Shown here one piece after another: positions 33,224 through 42,986 of a stretch of DNA of 48,144 nucleotides. Below the pieces are notes generated by a model. It was not told the origin of the DNA and did not search any database. It saw only the letters and a program-made list of their open reading frames with translations. The stretch comes from a virus. Its lineage: Duplodnaviria; Caudoviricetes. The stretch's first letter is position 1. Each line of letters opens with the position of its first letter. Both the position numbers and the translations under genes were made by a program. Location of the stretch: IMG/VR virus record IMGVR_UViG_3300037755_000147, positions 1 through 48,144 of that record; one strand, given 5' to 3'.

Positions 33224-33874
33224 CTAGTAACCCCTGTCGCCTGGACTGCCGGGGCCGCGATCCCCGCGCCCGTCGCTCGATGCGCCTCGGCCCGCAGTCT
33301 CCGAGCCTCCACCGCCGCCACGCTGCGCCGCCAGTTGCGCGGCGGAACGATTGGGCGGCCTGCCGGTGGACATGGGCACGCTTCGGCCCTTGGCGCGCAT
33401 GTTGTCGCGCACCGCCTGCCCGTAGTTGCCCGTCCCGTAGTCGTTCAGCCCGAGCGCACCGCCAACGACCTGGTCCCAGCCCAGCCCTTCGCCGCCCATT
33501 GCCTTGATAGCCGCATGCGCCGCCGCGAGGTTGTTGGCCCGCATGCCCAGGCCCGCCAATCCTATGGCCGGTCCGATGCCGGGAAGGTGCGAGCCGAATT
33601 GCATGGCGACACGGCCGGCGCGGCCGATATCGACGCCGCCGAAATTGTTGTCGAATCCGCGTGGCGCGCTTTCCCCGGTGCCGTCGTCCTGTGACCCTTC
33701 CGCGAAACCTCCGCTACCAAGCCCGAACTGTGGCGTTCCGGTCATGATGGAGGTGAACTGCTGCGGGCCGGCCGCCTGCGGTTGGTTTGGCGCGCCGGCA
33801 TAGGACGGCATCTGGTACATGCCGGGGTACTGGGCCTGGAAATATGGATTGGTCATATAGGGGTCGAATGCCAT
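33224..33874 (-). CDS. Gly-rich putative virion protein
   Basis: ATG 33874; low complexity. Confidence 0.55.
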   Translation of the reverse strand: MAFDPYMTNPYFQAQYPGMYQMPSYAGAPNQPQAAGPQQFTSIMTGTPQFGLGSGGFAEGSQDDGTGESAPRGFDNNFGGVDIGRAGRVAMQFGSHLPGIGPAIGLAGLGMRANNLAAAHAAIKAMGGEGLGWDQVVGGALGLNDYGTGNYGQAVRDNMRAKGRSVPMSTGRPPNRSAAQLAAQRGGGGGSETAGRGASSDGRGDRGPGSPGDRGY

Positions 33875-34215
33875 CAAAGTCTCCTTTCGGCCATCACCCA
33901 TTCGCGGGTGTAGCCATGCAGCTTGGCGCTCTTTGCCCAGCCCTTGCGGCCCCTGCCGACAATGCGGGAACAGCCCATCTCACGGGCGAAGGGCTCCACC
34001 TGTTCCCGCTCGATCTTCCAGGCCGTCTCCAGGTCGCCGGCCACCATGAACACCTCGCACCAGCGGTCCCTCGGGTACTGGTTGATGGTCGTGACAACCA
34101 CCGTTTCACCCTCTTGCCAGTGCTGCATGCGCCCGGACTCTATGGCGCGCGCCACGTCGTCCGGCGTATGTGTTCCAGACACTGCCAGGGCCTTACAGAC
34201 CTTCCTAGCCAACAT
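33874..34215 (-). CDS. GNAT-like podovirus assembly protein
   Basis: ATG 34215; AGDL...FAREMGCSRIVGRGRKGW. Confidence 0.6.
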   Translation of the reverse strand: MLARKVCKALAVSGTHTPDDVARAIESGRMQHWQEGETVVVTTINQYPRDRWCEVFMVAGDLETAWKIEREQVEPFAREMGCSRIVGRGRKGWAKSAKLHGYTREWVMAERRL

Positions 34216-34615
34216 CGCCGGACACCAGATAGGAGGCCGACTGGCCGTCGCTGTTGGCAACGACCTCCAGCCAAACCCTGCTGTACTGGTCAAGCGTGCG
34301 ATCAGTGGCCGCCCTGCTGTTTACCGTTGCCCCCGTTCCCGGCACGAAGATTGCCTGGCCGGCCAGGATCTGCGCCAGACCGCACCACCAGCCCTCCGGC
34401 AGGGTTGCGCTGAGGGTAATGGTCTTGCCGGTAGCCGAGGCAAACAGAATAAGGCTACCGAAGTCGCCCGCGACCGGTGTGTAATCGTCGGTCACGTCCT
34501 TTGTCTGCCAGATACCTCCCACCGACCTCTGCCGCAGGAATTCGATCTTGCGCCTGAGCTGGTCGGGTTGTTCCGTGACCGACACCGCGAGGCCCTTGAC
34601 GCCCTCATTGGCCAT
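34205..34615 (-). CDS. Putative tail needle/spike-like structural protein
   Basis: ATG 34615; directly after the nozzle gene. Confidence 0.5.
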   Translation of the reverse strand: MANEGVKGLAVSVTEQPDQLRRKIEFLRQRSVGGIWQTKDVTDDYTPVAGDFGSLILFASATGKTITLSATLPEGWWCGLAQILAGQAIFVPGTGATVNSRAATDRTLDQYSRVWLEVVANSDGQSASYLVSGDVG

Positions 34616-36117
34616 CAGCGCTTGCCCGCATCGGAAAACTCTATGTCGGCCACGCCATAGCATTCCGTCCACACCGCGCCCGCCGGCACCTCCAGCCGTG
34701 CGCGGTGGTAGCGCGCCTTGGACTTGAAGCTATGCAGGCCGGTGATGCTCTCCCGGCTGGTCGCCGCGCCGAATACAGGCGTTTCGTCGGGCTGATTACG
34801 GGTGCCGATCCGCACCGTCACGCTGGGCGTATCGATCATGGCCCGCAGGTGCCGAAGCCTTGCCTTGCGGCCCTGCACGAGGTTGATTTCCGTCGTGTCC
34901 AGAATCATCGCCGCATTCGCGCCGGTAAACTCCGACAACATCTTGTCGGTGCCAAAGGCCGCGATATAGTCGGTGCCGCCGGAAAAAGCCGGGCTGTCGA
35001 TAGAGCCTGGAATATCCTCTACCGTGGTATAAATCGCGCCAAGCGCCTCCACGGTCAGAGACTCCGCGCTTAGATCGCTCAAGAGATCGAGCTGTTGCTC
35101 GGCCGTCGCCCAGCGCCCGATCTCGTAGTTGAAGGCCAGGACGCGGTTAGGACGCCCCGAGGTAGAGCCATCGCCCGGATAGGCGATAAGGTAAAGCTTG
35201 CGGGTCGAGTCCACCACACTGATGCAGCGATCAATGCTTGAGGCGTCTATGTCATCGAAGAAAAACCCATCTACCTTCTGCGCTCCAATGGGTACCACCT
35301 CGGCGCCACGGCGCATTTTAAAGCCGTCCTCGGCAAGGTAGAACACGCGATCACCCTTCTGCGCGATGCTGCCCGGCGCGATGCAGCCATGGCCGCTTTC
35401 GATGCGGTCAATCGAGAAGATTGCCGGCGGCCCCGCGTAGGTCATGCGGTAAATTGCATCGCGGCAGAAGATCAGCCCATACTCACCCCCGACAAGCCCG
35501 GTGATATAGCGCCCGATGGGCAAGGTTCTGAAGTCCGACTGCTTGTTGGTGTTGCCCCAATCGTCATCGTTCGGGGCGCCAATCGGGCTCCACCACAGCC
35601 GAAGCGACACCTGGCCGTCAAAGGCGTCATCCGTATAGGCGACCACCAGGAAGTCACCCACCGCGGCAAGGTACTTGCCCTTGGGGGCCGTCAGGGGCGC
35701 CAGATCGGCAAATATGCTCGACGTGCCCATGGTCCAGGACTGGATCGGGTCGCTTAGGTTCGACACCAGCGCCAGGTTGCCGAACTGCGTGAAGTTCCAG
35801 GCCCGGCTGACCGCATCGGCATAGATAGCCGTCGTCGCGTAGCCACCCGCTTTCGATACATCGGCGAATGTCGAGCCCGTATAGCTGTAGAGCTTCGCCG
35901 CGTCTCCGGCGAAGACGAACACGCCGCCCGCATAGCTGTAACCCGCGAAGGCCCCCAGGGGCCGGCTGTCCAGGGCGTTGGTGGACAGTACGGAAAGCTG
36001 CCGCCACGGGCCATAGCTGCGTTGGGTCTTGGGCACCACGTTGGTTGCCGTGAGCGCGCCAGTGTTCTCGATGGGCGGCTGATCGGGCAGCCACTCTCCG
36101 GGCGGGATCAATGCCAT
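34615..36117 (-). CDS. Tail nozzle / head-closure protein (P22 gp10-like)
   Basis: GEWLPDQP, GCIAPGSI, FYLAEDGF, PIGAQKVDGFF; beta-propeller-like. Confidence 0.75.
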   Translation of the reverse strand: MALIPPGEWLPDQPPIENTGALTATNVVPKTQRSYGPWRQLSVLSTNALDSRPLGAFAGYSYAGGVFVFAGDAAKLYSYTGSTFADVSKAGGYATTAIYADAVSRAWNFTQFGNLALVSNLSDPIQSWTMGTSSIFADLAPLTAPKGKYLAAVGDFLVVAYTDDAFDGQVSLRLWWSPIGAPNDDDWGNTNKQSDFRTLPIGRYITGLVGGEYGLIFCRDAIYRMTYAGPPAIFSIDRIESGHGCIAPGSIAQKGDRVFYLAEDGFKMRRGAEVVPIGAQKVDGFFFDDIDASSIDRCISVVDSTRKLYLIAYPGDGSTSGRPNRVLAFNYEIGRWATAEQQLDLLSDLSAESLTVEALGAIYTTVEDIPGSIDSPAFSGGTDYIAAFGTDKMLSEFTGANAAMILDTTEINLVQGRKARLRHLRAMIDTPSVTVRIGTRNQPDETPVFGAATSRESITGLHSFKSKARYHRARLEVPAGAVWTECYGVADIEFSDAGKR

Positions 36118-38108
36118 GTCTCACCGCCTCCTGGCGTGTCGTCATACCATGTTTCGTCGTCGCCCTGGCTCTTGGCGGTCCATGTCTCGCCAGGGCTGGG
36201 CTGCGTATGCCAGCCCCGCAGAATGAGGCCGGCGATGGTCGCTGCTCCAGAGACAAGGGCACCCAAGGCCTTGCGTACCAGCTCGGCCGCGGCCGAGACA
36301 CCTGCGGCACCCGAGACGATCTCTCCTATGGCCTTAGCCGCCCTGGTTGCCGCTCCAGCTACGGTCGCCGGGCCAGCCTGGAGGGCGCCGGTGGCGATCT
36401 GCGCGCCGCCAGTGGCCGCCGCCTCCCCGGCTATGTCAGCCGCGCCCGACTCCAGGCTGCCAGCGGCAAGAGCCGTGCGCGCTGCGATGCCTTCAATGAT
36501 CGCCGCCTGGACGGCCAGGTCGCCCTCCGCGAAGGCGGTGCGCAGTGCGGCGCCAGATATCCCGGCGTCCTGGGAGGCAAGCGCGCCGATTGCGGTATTG
36601 CCGGAAGCAGCAACATTCCAGGCCAGCATGACGCCATATACTTCTTCGGCGGCACCCGAGGTGGACCACGTCCTTGAGTGTGCACCAGCGCTTACAACGT
36701 TCTCCGTGCCAAGCCACAATGCCGAGTCGAAAACATTAACGTCGGCGTTGTTGTGTTCGACGTACCTTGACGTGACCATGGACCCGGTCCAGCTTTCCGA
36801 GCCGTCCGCATCATCGTCGCGGTATGCAGCGAAGAAGGTAAGCAGACTCCTGTCCTGCGTCGTTGTGCTGTCCAGCGTGGCGGCGAGGGATGTCCCGGTT
36901 CCCGTGGCGCTGCTCACGTACCCCGACACGTCGAATGGGTCGCTGGTGTCCAGCCCGGAAACAACCGCTCCGGCCCATGTAATTGCGTCGAGAGCACCTG
37001 TGCCGCCCGCCGGAGATAGCGTGATTGATGTCTCGCCACCCGTCGCCACTTTGTACCAAACAGCAATGCCAAGCTCGAACGTCGAATAGGCGTCGCTGTC
37101 GCTGTAGACCAGATTCCACCCAACAGATCCGGCAACGTTGTCGAACGGCGTTCCAAACATGCCCGCATCGGTGTTCGATGCGCCGATTATGATTACCTCA
37201 TCGGCATTTGCCGACACGGCAGAGAGCAAGAAGCCGTCTCCCCTCGCGTCGTCGGAAAAAACCGACTCGATAACCGCCGATCCAAGATTCCCCGCTGTCG
37301 CCACACCGGCAATGCTAGCAAGCTGCGCCTCTATCACCCCAGCGGCCAGAGCGGCCCGCAGCGCCGCACCGTCGATTACCGCAGGCCCGGCAGAGAGGGA
37401 GCCAGCGGCCTTGACCGTGCGCGTGGCCGTCCCGGCGATATCTGCGGCCTGGGATGCCAGTGCGCCTTCCGCCGTGGGCGCGCCACCTGCATCCTCGGTA
37501 ATGGCAGCGGCCAGGACCGCCACGGCATCAGGGTTCGCGTGGTTGACGCCGAAAGTAACGTCGCTGGTGTCTACCGTATCGTAGGTGTAGCAGCCGACAA
37601 TATCGGCGCCCCGGTCGTTCTCGTTCGCACTCGTCCAGCCCGTGAGCGGCGAAGGGCCTGCAAGGCCGCCAAGCGCCGACCAAAAGGCCTCCAGGCAAAA
37701 GCAGGTGTTGCCGCCCAGCGCGAGCGTGCCGGTAAGGTCGCCACTGCCGGAGGTGGCCAGCCCCGTGGTATCCTGCACCACCAGATCGGCCGCGCCCGTC
37801 ATGGTGATGGCAAAGCCGCGGCTGTCAGTGTTGGTGTTGGTGTCCACCGCCACCGTCTGGGCCCCGGTCGGCACGCTGGCACCGAGGAAATAGCCCTGCA
37901 CGACACCAGCGGCGCCAACGAAGGGAGAGCCCGCCATCTCCGTCATGGAGATGCCGCCGTATGTCACGCCGTCGATATTGTCAGTCGTCGTCGCGTTGTC
38001 GGCGATGAAGACCACCACACCCGCCGGCGTTCCTACCGGCGTATGCGTCCAGCTGTAGTCGCCAGTGCCGGAGTCTCCAAAGCTCAGGACATCATAAGCA
38101 ACGGTCAC
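36108..38108 (-). CDS. Putative virion fibre protein with ~21-aa Ala/Gly repeats
   Basis: Two beta-rich domains alternating with repeat tracts; Trp-spaced C-terminus. Confidence 0.6.
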   Translation of the reverse strand: MTVAYDVLSFGDSGTGDYSWTHTPVGTPAGVVVFIADNATTTDNIDGVTYGGISMTEMAGSPFVGAAGVVQGYFLGASVPTGAQTVAVDTNTNTDSRGFAITMTGAADLVVQDTTGLATSGSGDLTGTLALGGNTCFCLEAFWSALGGLAGPSPLTGWTSANENDRGADIVGCYTYDTVDTSDVTFGVNHANPDAVAVLAAAITEDAGGAPTAEGALASQAADIAGTATRTVKAAGSLSAGPAVIDGAALRAALAAGVIEAQLASIAGVATAGNLGSAVIESVFSDDARGDGFLLSAVSANADEVIIIGASNTDAGMFGTPFDNVAGSVGWNLVYSDSDAYSTFELGIAVWYKVATGGETSITLSPAGGTGALDAITWAGAVVSGLDTSDPFDVSGYVSSATGTGTSLAATLDSTTTQDRSLLTFFAAYRDDDADGSESWTGSMVTSRYVEHNNADVNVFDSALWLGTENVVSAGAHSRTWSTSGAAEEVYGVMLAWNVAASGNTAIGALASQDAGISGAALRTAFAEGDLAVQAAIIEGIAARTALAAGSLESGAADIAGEAAATGGAQIATGALQAGPATVAGAATRAAKAIGEIVSGAAGVSAAAELVRKALGALVSGAATIAGLILRGWHTQPSPGETWTAKSQGDDETWYDDTPGGGETWH

Positions 38109-38117
38109 GGCTTACCC

Positions 38118-38552
38118 TCAGGGAATGGCTGCGATCAGATCGTCCAGCAAGCCATCCAGGCTGGTGAGCTGCGCCGCGCTGAAGGTGCGCCAGTCCTGCT
38201 TGGCCGGAGTCCCTGCAAACCGCACGGCCAGCAGCCAGCCGCCCGAGGCCGGCATGGTCTCGATGTTTGTCACCAAGGCATTGCCCGCTGCCTTCACCGC
38301 CGCGAATTGTGCCTGAAAGTCGGCGGGCGGATTGATCAGGTGCGCGGCTGCCAGGGCATTCAAGTCCTCCCGCCCATCAAGAATGGCGATGTTGGTCTGC
38401 CAGGTGTTCACGAGCTGGTCATGGAAGGCGATCAGCGTAAGCGCTGTGGTGCCGCCGTTGTTGATGTTCGCCTTCATGGTCTGCGCGATCTGCTTCAGGG
38501 CCGCATACGACGTAAGGCACCGCCCAAGCGCACCCGTGATTGTCTCTACCAT
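38118..38552 (-). CDS. Hypothetical protein
   Basis: 144 aa in the structural operon. Confidence 0.6.
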   Translation of the reverse strand: MVETITGALGRCLTSYAALKQIAQTMKANINNGGTTALTLIAFHDQLVNTWQTNIAILDGREDLNALAAAHLINPPADFQAQFAAVKAAGNALVTNIETMPASGGWLLAVRFAGTPAKQDWRTFSAAQLTSLDGLLDDLIAAIP

Positions 38553-38625
38553 CTATCGAACCTTTGTTGCCAATCGCCGCCCCATCGTCCACAATTCCAG
38601 GCTGAACAAATGGAGGGGTTGACTA

Positions 38626-38754
38626 GTGGAAGACGAAGAATTCGCCAAAGCCGAGAAAGCGGAAATGAAATCAATACTCTTTTTGGTTAAAGTCTGCGTG
38701 GGCCTGGGCGTGGTGATCGCCGCGCTCGGCGTCGCCCAGAGCCTCATGGGCTGA
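38626..38754 (+). CDS. Small 1-TM protein (antisense moron 3)
   Basis: MEDEEFAKAEKAEMKSILFLVKVCVGLGVVIAALGVAQSLMG; GGAGG RBS; TTGCCA-N17-CACAAT at 38567-38595. Confidence 0.6.
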   Translation: MEDEEFAKAEKAEMKSILFLVKVCVGLGVVIAALGVAQSLMG

Positions 38755-38755
38755 C

Positions 38756-39121
38756 TCAGGGCGCCGCCTCATAGGTCAGGCTGGTGGTGCTCACCGTCTC
38801 CAGCGCCGCGATGGCAAGGCTGCTGATGGTGATGTTGCCACCGCCTCCCGTCGCGGTCACGCTGCAAAAGACGATGCTGGTCGGGCCGCTGGTCTGCAAC
38901 TCCGCCTTGGCGATGGTGCCGCCGGTGGCTGATGTGTCGTCACTGATCGCATTGGCGGTGGCGACACCAGACGATGCAGCGCCAAACGCCGTGGCACCAA
39001 AGCCGCAGGTGGCAACCTCCACGTCGCCTGATGTGACGTACTTGAGAAAGCCGTTGTTGAGCTGATCGACAACGTTGTCCGCGAGCCCGTTACGGGTCGC
39101 GGTAGCGTGGGTTACGGCCAT
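38756..39121 (-). CDS. Small beta-rich structural protein (fibre-base-like)
   Basis: AFGAASSGVATANAI...GGGGNITISS; Thr/Ala/Gly-rich. Confidence 0.6.
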   Translation of the reverse strand: MAVTHATATRNGLADNVVDQLNNGFLKYVTSGDVEVATCGFGATAFGAASSGVATANAISDDTSATGGTIAKAELQTSGPTSIVFCSVTATGGGGNITISSLAIAALETVSTTSLTYEAAP

Positions 39122-39124
39122 GGA

Positions 39125-39424
39125 TCAGCCCTCCTTCTTCACGACTTCGGCCGCGCCGGAAAGCCCGCCGGCCCTCAGGCCCGTCATGACCACGAAGCCG
39201 CCCTTGAGCCAGCCGGGACACTCAGCGCCGGGCTGGATCTCGGTCTGACTGAGGTCCGGCAGTTCGATGGTGGTGACCTGGCTGCCCGGCAAAGGCCCGC
39301 CCATTACCAGAGCGCGCAGCCAGTCGTTGCCTTCGCGCACAGTGTAGGACAAGCCGGGCTGGTAGGCCGCTATCAGGCGGTCATCGAGCCAGAGCTTGAA
39401 GGGGGTTGTGGGGCTGAATTGCAT
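39125..39424 (-). CDS. Hypothetical protein
   Basis: 99 aa, GAGGAG RBS. Confidence 0.6.
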   Translation of the reverse strand: MQFSPTTPFKLWLDDRLIAAYQPGLSYTVREGNDWLRALVMGGPLPGSQVTTIELPDLSQTEIQPGAECPGWLKGGFVVMTGLRAGGLSGAAEVVKKEG

Positions 39425-39436
39425 TTCTGATTCTCC

Positions 39437-40078
39437 TCAGGCGACTGTCTCGGGCAATCCTACTTGCAGGGTTCCGCCTGTCGAAATCGCAGCGCGGTTT
39501 GCGGTGATAAGCTGATTCTTTGAGGCCTCGAAAAGAGCCTTCCAGACCGTGATTCGGGGGTCGTTGTCGAGAAACGGCTCCGCATAGGTGAGCGCGCCGA
39601 AGAGATAGGTCTTGCGGCTCTTGCTCAGCAGCCAGTTGGTCGTGTTTGAGACCGAAAGCGCGGGGATCTTGCCGAAATAGCCCATTTCGAGCTGCTTTCC
39701 GGCCTCCGGGGCGCTGTCCAGCCGCAATTGCCCGCCAATGATGGTGTAATGGCCCAGATAGCCGGGGTTTGCCTCCTGCGACGCGAGGCCCTCCGGGCTC
39801 AGGTAGGTCAGCGGCCCGCGCGCGGGGTCGGTCGTCTCGGTCACGTACTGCATTTCGAGGTAATCGAGCGGCAGCGTCACGTTGGGATCGCCCGCATTGA
39901 GATCGGTCAGCTTGGCCTGCTGCATTTCCAGCAGCCTGAAGTCGCGATCCGTGTTCAGGTCGTCCTCGCAGAAGGCGATCAGGTCATCAAGCGTGCCATC
40001 CGGCAGGATGGTGGTGCTGCTTTCTGTCAGCCAGTCCCGCATGGCGCTCTTGAGGGTCGCGAAGGTCGTTATAGCCAT
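39437..40078 (-). CDS. Head-tail adaptor protein
   Basis: MAITTFATLK...LPLDYLEM...TTNWLL...YLFGAL; podovirus adaptor pattern and position. Confidence 0.75.
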   Translation of the reverse strand: MAITTFATLKSAMRDWLTESSTTILPDGTLDDLIAFCEDDLNTDRDFRLLEMQQAKLTDLNAGDPNVTLPLDYLEMQYVTETTDPARGPLTYLSPEGLASQEANPGYLGHYTIIGGQLRLDSAPEAGKQLEMGYFGKIPALSVSNTTNWLLSKSRKTYLFGALTYAEPFLDNDPRITVWKALFEASKNQLITANRAAISTGGTLQVGLPETVA

Positions 40079-40423
40079 CTAGACTTTGCCCTCGTAGATG
40101 CGCAGGTTGCGGTAATCGATATCGTTCTGAATGGACTTCAGCCGCTTATCCCGCTCAGGGTCGTTCAGTGCGAGAGGCTTGCCGTTGCCGTCCTTCAACA
40201 GGTTGTCCGCGAGAGCCGTGGGCAGCACAGGGAGCGGCAGCCAGTGGCTTTGCGAGGTCTTCCTGACCAGCGCGTAGGATTCGCGCATGGCTTTCAGCGT
40301 GTCGAAAAAGCTGTCCGGGATGTACTGGCGAACCTGCACGGTCATACGGCCATCCGGCTCGAACCAGCCGACCGTCTCGATGCCCCGCTCAGGGTCGCTA
40401 TTGATGGTGAATTCGTGCGCCAT
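40079..40423 (-). CDS. Hypothetical protein downstream of the capsid gene
   Basis: 114 aa ending NDIDYRNLRIYEGKV. Confidence 0.65.
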   Translation of the reverse strand: MAHEFTINSDPERGIETVGWFEPDGRMTVQVRQYIPDSFFDTLKAMRESYALVRKTSQSHWLPLPVLPTALADNLLKDGNGKPLALNDPERDKRLKSIQNDIDYRNLRIYEGKV

Positions 40424-40433
40424 GATGACATGA

Positions 40434-40466
40434 GAACGGGGCGGCCAGCCGAAGCCAGCCGCCCCG
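40434..40466 (-). terminator. Hairpin/terminator after the capsid gene
   Basis: CGGGGCGGC...TTCG...GCCGCCCCG then TTCTC. Confidence 0.6.
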
Positions 40467-40479
40467 CCACTTCCTTTCC

Positions 40480-41454
40480 TTACGAGTCCAGGGCCGGATC
40501 GAGGTCAAAGATGCCAAAGTGGGCCTTCGGCGCGTCGAACTCCAAGGTGCCCTCCCAGATGATCTGGAAGCGCTTGGAGTCACCGACCTTGGCCAGGTCC
40601 GACACCGCCATGGAGCCGCCCGGCGTGGTGCCCTTGGCCGCATGATCGGGATCGATGCCAAGCACCGTCTGGGCGATCATGTGACGCGAGGGAATCACCT
40701 CCAGCCGCCCGAAGTCCGTCAGGTAGGCCGAGGCCGCGCCGACGAACACCATGGGAGAGGTCTGGGTCTGGTTCACCTGGTTCTGCGATGAAGTCCCGCC
40801 CGCGATGGCATCGGGGATCTTCGAGAACCGCTTTACCAGGCCGGGCGTCATGTACATGGCCCGAGGATTGCCGCCGTCCTCGTAAGCCGCCTGCATGGCA
40901 TCGTCGATATAGTCGATGGTCACGAAGGCGCGATCCGTGCCGGCCGTCACCGCAGTCGAGCCGGTACCGTCCGAAAAAGCACCCGCCGTGGCACCAACCG
41001 AACCGTTGGTGATGTAGGTAGGCGCTCCGCCCAACTCCCTGGTGCCGGACTGGACCTTGGGATTGTTGGCCGTGAGAATGGCCTCCAGGTCGCGGCGCAG
41101 CTCCAGGCCCTTAAGCATCTTCTGGCGCGCGCTTTCACGCTCTCCGCCAGCGGTATCGATGCGGTCATAGGTGCCGGAAACCTTGCCGTTCTTCTCCGAG
41201 ATGGAGACGGCATTATCCAGTCGGGTGGGCGACAGCCCGTTGGCGTCGTTGGAATCGAAGCCTTCAGCCACGAAGTTCGTGGCCGAGGGCGCCGTCAGTT
41301 CCTGGACGGTCCACTCATGCTTGACCGCCTTGACGGTTTTGGAAGAGAGGTTGGAATAGAACGGACATTCCGCCGGATCGATCCGGGCAACGTAATCGTT
41401 CAGGGACTCTTTCTCATGCCGGGTACCGGGACCCGACGTTACTAGCGTAGCCAT
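40480..41454 (-). CDS. Major capsid protein (DUF5309-type)
   Basis: ESLNDYVARIDPAECPF, HEW..EL, ELRRDLE, YLTDFG, LAKVGD. Confidence 0.88.
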   Translation of the reverse strand: MATLVTSGPGTRHEKESLNDYVARIDPAECPFYSNLSSKTVKAVKHEWTVQELTAPSATNFVAEGFDSNDANGLSPTRLDNAVSISEKNGKVSGTYDRIDTAGGERESARQKMLKGLELRRDLEAILTANNPKVQSGTRELGGAPTYITNGSVGATAGAFSDGTGSTAVTAGTDRAFVTIDYIDDAMQAAYEDGGNPRAMYMTPGLVKRFSKIPDAIAGGTSSQNQVNQTQTSPMVFVGAASAYLTDFGRLEVIPSRHMIAQTVLGIDPDHAAKGTTPGGSMAVSDLAKVGDSKRFQIIWEGTLEFDAPKAHFGIFDLDPALDS

Positions 41455-41469
41455 TGCTGATCTCCAAGA

Positions 41470-42522
41470 TTAGCCGCGACCACTCCCGGCGAGAAACGCA
41501 TCCACCGCGGAATCGAGAAGTTCCTTGCGGTTTAGGTTGGCGCCAGGCTTGGAGGCGGCTTGTTCAAACCGTTGCTTGGCCTGATCACGCTCGCTGGTCC
41601 GCTTGGGCTTACGCTGAGCTGCTCCTGAAGTAACGGGCTTGAGCCGGGCCTTCTTGGCCTTAAGCTCGGCCTTGGGGCGGTTCTCCGACATCAAGGCATC
41701 GTACCGCCTCGCCTTGTCGGCAATGACATAGGCGCGGTGGTCGATCATGCCGGCCAACTCCTCCTGGGCGTACCCAAAGGTGCTGTGCAGATAGGTGTGG
41801 ATCTCGCCAACCTTGGCGTTCATGGACGCCTCGTCTTTGACATCGTCCGCGAATGCCGTGAGGAACTTCTGTCCCTCCGACTTCGCCAGATCCACCCGCT
41901 TGCCGGCGGTTTCGCTGTCCCGTTCCTGGACAACCTTCGCCCGCCATTGCTCAAAGCCCGCCCTCATAGCATGCCACTGCTCGAAGGCGTACTTCTGCTC
42001 CTCGTAGGTCGCCGGATCGCTCCGGGCCAACGAAATGTCGGGCTTTGCCGGGGGAGTGCCGAGAAGCTGCTGGGGAACGGCCTCTAACAGAGTCACCAGT
42101 TCCTCACGCTTCCGCGCGGCTTGTTCCGCCTGGGTTTCCAGGTGCTTCCGCTGCTCAGCAAAAGCCTGCGTTTTGCGCGTGTAATCCGCCTGCCGGAGAT
42201 AGCCGTCACGCAACTCGGAGAGGCTGACCTCTTGCTCCTTGCCATCTAGACTGATGGTGAAGCTGGGTTCCTCGTCCTCCTCGCCTTCTTCGCCTTCTTC
42301 GTCATCGGTTTCGCCGGTATCATCCTCCTCGGAGTCCTGCGTCTCGGTTTCTTCGCCGTCCGCAGGTTGCTCCTCGGGCTCGTCCTCCGACTCGGAGAGA
42401 TCAGCGGCCTCTGGGGTCTGATCGTCCTTGGGTGCCGCCTCGGCTTCGGGTTGCTCGCTGGGAGTCCCTCCGATAAAGCTGCTGACAGCCTGGTCCAGGC
42501 TGATAGGGGTCTGGTCGCTCAA
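41470..42522 (-). CDS. Capsid scaffolding protein
   Basis: Acidic N-terminus; DGKEQEVSLSELRDGYLRQADYTRKTQ. Confidence 0.85.
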   Translation of the reverse strand: MSDQTPISLDQAVSSFIGGTPSEQPEAEAAPKDDQTPEAADLSESEDEPEEQPADGEETETQDSEEDDTGETDDEEGEEGEEDEEPSFTISLDGKEQEVSLSELRDGYLRQADYTRKTQAFAEQRKHLETQAEQAARKREELVTLLEAVPQQLLGTPPAKPDISLARSDPATYEEQKYAFEQWHAMRAGFEQWRAKVVQERDSETAGKRVDLAKSEGQKFLTAFADDVKDEASMNAKVGEIHTYLHSTFGYAQEELAGMIDHRAYVIADKARRYDALMSENRPKAELKAKKARLKPVTSGAAQRKPKRTSERDQAKQRFEQAASKPGANLNRKELLDSAVDAFLAGSGRG

Positions 42523-42776
42523 AGCGATTCGTCCTCATCTTCATTCTCCACACCCAAGGCCTCGTTGGCCTTCCGGAGCGCGGACTCGATAGCACTGATA
42601 AGCCCCTCGATTGCCCGGTACTTCGTCCAGGCCTGTTCGCGAGCCGCAGTGTCGCTGTCGGGACGCTTCCAGCCTTTGAAAACGTCCGATTTCATCTCTT
42701 CCAGGATGTCGCCCAGAAGAGGATTGTTGATCAGGTCCAGCGCGTAGGCGCGGCGCTGCTCAAGAGTGAGGGTCAT
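42519..42776 (-). CDS. Hypothetical protein between portal and scaffold
   Basis: 85 aa, LINNPLL...W...REQAW. Confidence 0.7.
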   Translation of the reverse strand: MTLTLEQRRAYALDLINNPLLGDILEEMKSDVFKGWKRPDSDTAAREQAWTKYRAIEGLISAIESALRKANEALGVENEDEDESL

Positions 42777-42984
42777 GGCCAGACAGAAAAGCCTCGAAAG
42801 CCTTGGCGCGCTCGATAATCTCGCGGTCGCTCAAGCCTGGGGCGTTGGCCATCTCAAGGGCGCGGGCACGACGCTCCTCCGCGCTGCGGTCATGCCCGCC
42901 ACCTTCCTGGTGCTCATACCCAGCCGTGGGAGCACCAAGTATGCGGCGCTGCGCCTCGTAAAGGTCATTCCCAGACATAACCAC
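42760..42984 (-). CDS. Hypothetical protein
   Basis: 74 aa, RARALEMA...IIERAKAFEAFL. Confidence 0.6.
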   Translation of the reverse strand: MVMSGNDLYEAQRRILGAPTAGYEHQEGGGHDRSAEERRARALEMANAPGLSDREIIERAKAFEAFLSGHDPHS

Positions 42985-42986
42985 TC

